NCBI GenBank assembly: GCA_022567015.1 | Contig: JADFHR010000001.1 | Span: 1 to 27,731 of the forward strand | Length of the DNA: 27,731 nt | Direction: 5' to 3' | Source: Pseudomonadota bacterium | GTDB taxonomy: Bacteria > Pseudomonadota > Alphaproteobacteria > Rhodospirillales > 2-02-FULL-58-16 | Shown here: in pieces, positions 26,327 to 27,731 of the stretch | How the letters are laid out: the number at the start of each line of letters is the position of its first letter | Numbering within the stretch: position 1 is the first letter of the stretch | The notes under the pieces: generated by a model | The model's database searches: none | Told to the model about the DNA's origin: nothing | Seen by the model: the letters and a program-made list of their open reading frames with translations, nothing else | Made by a program: the position numbers and the translations under genes

Positions 26327-27640
26327 TCACGCCGTCAACCTGGCCAGGGCCGACTCCTGAGACAGCTCCTGGCGTTCGCCGCTCCCGCGGTGCTTGAGCT
26401 CGACGATGCCGTCCTTGAGCCCCCGCGGTCCCACCACCAGCTGCCACGGCAGGCCGATCAGGTCCATGTCGGCGAACTTGACGCCGGCGCGCTCCGCCCG
26501 GTCGTCATAGAGGACCTCGACACCGTTCTCGCGCAAGTGTCCGTAAAGCCCGTCGCAGGCGGCGGCGCACCCGGAATCGTCGGCCTTCAGGTTGAGCAAC
26601 CCCACGTGGAAGGGCGCCACGCTGTCCGGCCAGAGGATGCCGGCGTCGTCGTGGAAGGCCTCGATGATGGCGCCGACCAGGCGCGAGACGCCGATGCCGT
26701 ACGACCCCATGTGGACGGCCACCTCGCGGCCGTCGGCGTCGGTGACCACGGCGTTCATGGGCTTGGAGTACTTGTCTCCGAAATAGAAGATGTGGCCGAC
26801 CTCGATGCCCCGCGCCGTGACCAGCGCATCGCCAAGGGCCTTGTCCTTCTGCGAATCGTGCTTGTCGTCGGTCGCCGCGTAAACGGACGTCCACCTGTCG
26901 ATAATCGGTTGCAGGTCGCCGTCGTAGTCCGTGGCGGCGCCCGGAGCCTCGAATTCCAGGAGGTCCCGGTGGCAGAACACCTGGGTTTCGCCGGTGTCGG
27001 CCAGGATGATGAACTCGTGGCTCATGTCGCCGCCGATGGGGCCGCTTTCGGCGACCATGGGGATGGCCTTGAGTCCCAAGCGCTCGAAGGTGCGAAGGTA
27101 GGCGACGAACATCTTGTTGTAGGACCTTTTCGCGCCTTCGAAGTCGAGGTCGAAGGAATACGAGTCCTTCATCAGGAACTCGCGCCCGCGCATGACGCCG
27201 AAGCGGGGCCGGACCTCGTCGCGGAACTTCCACTGGATGTGGTAGAGCAGCTTGGGCAGGTCCCGGTAGCTGCGCACCGCGGTGCGGAAGATGTCGGTGA
27301 TCTGCTCCTCGTTGGTGGGGCCGTACAGCATGTCGCGTTGGTGGCGGTCCTTGATGCGCAGCATCTCCGGACCGTAGTCGTCGTAGCGCGCGCTCTCGCG
27401 CCACAGATCGGCGGGCTGGATGGTCGGCATGAGCATTTCCTGGCAGCCCGCCGCGTCCTGCTCCTCGCGCACGATCTGCTCGATCTTCTTGAGCACGCGG
27501 AACCCCAGCGGCAGCCAAGAATAGATGCCGGCGCTGGACTGGCGGATCATGCCGGCCCGCAGCATCAGGCGGTGGGATACGATCTGCGCCTCGGCCGGAG
27601 TCTCCTTCAGCGTCGGCAGGAAATACTCGGAGAGGCGCAT
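26327..27640 (-). CDS. proS: Prolyl-tRNA synthetase, short alphaproteobacterial form without the INS editing domain
   Basis: Start reassigned to ATG 27640 ([13 protein letters not shown]). [58 protein letters not shown]; 437 aa. Confidence 0.98.
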   Translation of the reverse strand: MRLSEYFLPTLKETPAEAQIVSHRLMLRAGMIRQSSAGIYSWLPLGFRVLKKIEQIVREEQDAAGCQEMLMPTIQPADLWRESARYDDYGPEMLRIKDRHQRDMLYGPTNEEQITDIFRTAVRSYRDLPKLLYHIQWKFRDEVRPRFGVMRGREFLMKDSYSFDLDFEGAKRSYNKMFVAYLRTFERLGLKAIPMVAESGPIGGDMSHEFIILADTGETQVFCHRDLLEFEAPGAATDYDGDLQPIIDRWTSVYAATDDKHDSQKDKALGDALVTARGIEVGHIFYFGDKYSKPMNAVVTDADGREVAVHMGSYGIGVSRLVGAIIEAFHDDAGILWPDSVAPFHVGLLNLKADDSGCAAACDGLYGHLRENGVEVLYDDRAERAGVKFADMDLIGLPWQLVVGPRGLKDGIVELKHRGSGERQELSQESALARLTA

Positions 27641-27674
27641 GGCGTTGCTCATCATCACCGGCCGGGCGCGGGCG

Positions 27675-27728
27675 GGCCGGCCGGCCTTCGCCCGAAGCGA
27701 AGCCTCGGCTGCGCGCAGGCAGGGCGAA
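27675..27728. repeat. GC-rich nested palindromic element (REP-like), possibly cut by the window edge
   Basis: GGCCGGCCGGCC (27675-27686); TTCGCCC (27687-27693) / GGGCGAA (27722-27728); CTGCGCGCAG (27709-27718). Confidence 0.35.
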
Positions 27729-27731
27729 TGT

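Noticed and set aside
1-27731. IS elements, integrases, tRNA/rRNA, defence or toxin-antitoxin genes
   Set aside because: All coding space is accounted for by intact recognisable genes, and intergenic gaps are 250 bp or less with no tRNA-like or terminal-repeat signatures.

Overview
This is a high-GC alphaproteobacterial (Rhodospirillales-like; inferred from gene order and protein style) chromosomal window that is mostly conserved housekeeping DNA. The minus strand carries the classic supercluster proS - DJ-1/PfpI(InhA-like) - lolE - lolD - dnaE - rpsB - tsf - pyrH - frr - uppS - cdsA - dxr - rseP - bamA - skp - lpxD - fabZ - lpxA - lpxI - lpxB. Converging on lpxB from the plus strand is a Gfo/Idh/MocA dehydrogenase + DegT aminotransferase pair that best fits GnnA/GnnB, predicting a 2,3-diamino-2,3-dideoxyglucose lipid A backbone. 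At the left end are gloA and a two-gene minus-strand module: an orphan periplasmic solute-binding protein and a membrane sensor (periplasmic domain, HAMP, FixL-type heme-PAS, second PAS; runs off the window edge and is missing from the supplied ORF track). I found no mobile element, CRISPR array, tRNA or rRNA. Best second-look items: the GnnAB-like pair, the SBP + heme-PAS sensor module, a 9 x 30-bp repeat tail on ribosomal protein S2, paired DnaA boxes plus GANTC sites before dnaE, a CtrA-like site before pyrH, and a candidate promoter written into synonymous codons of lpxD. I see no clearly novel system here; the SBP-sensor module is the least explained part. All family calls come from motif recognition by eye, not database searches.
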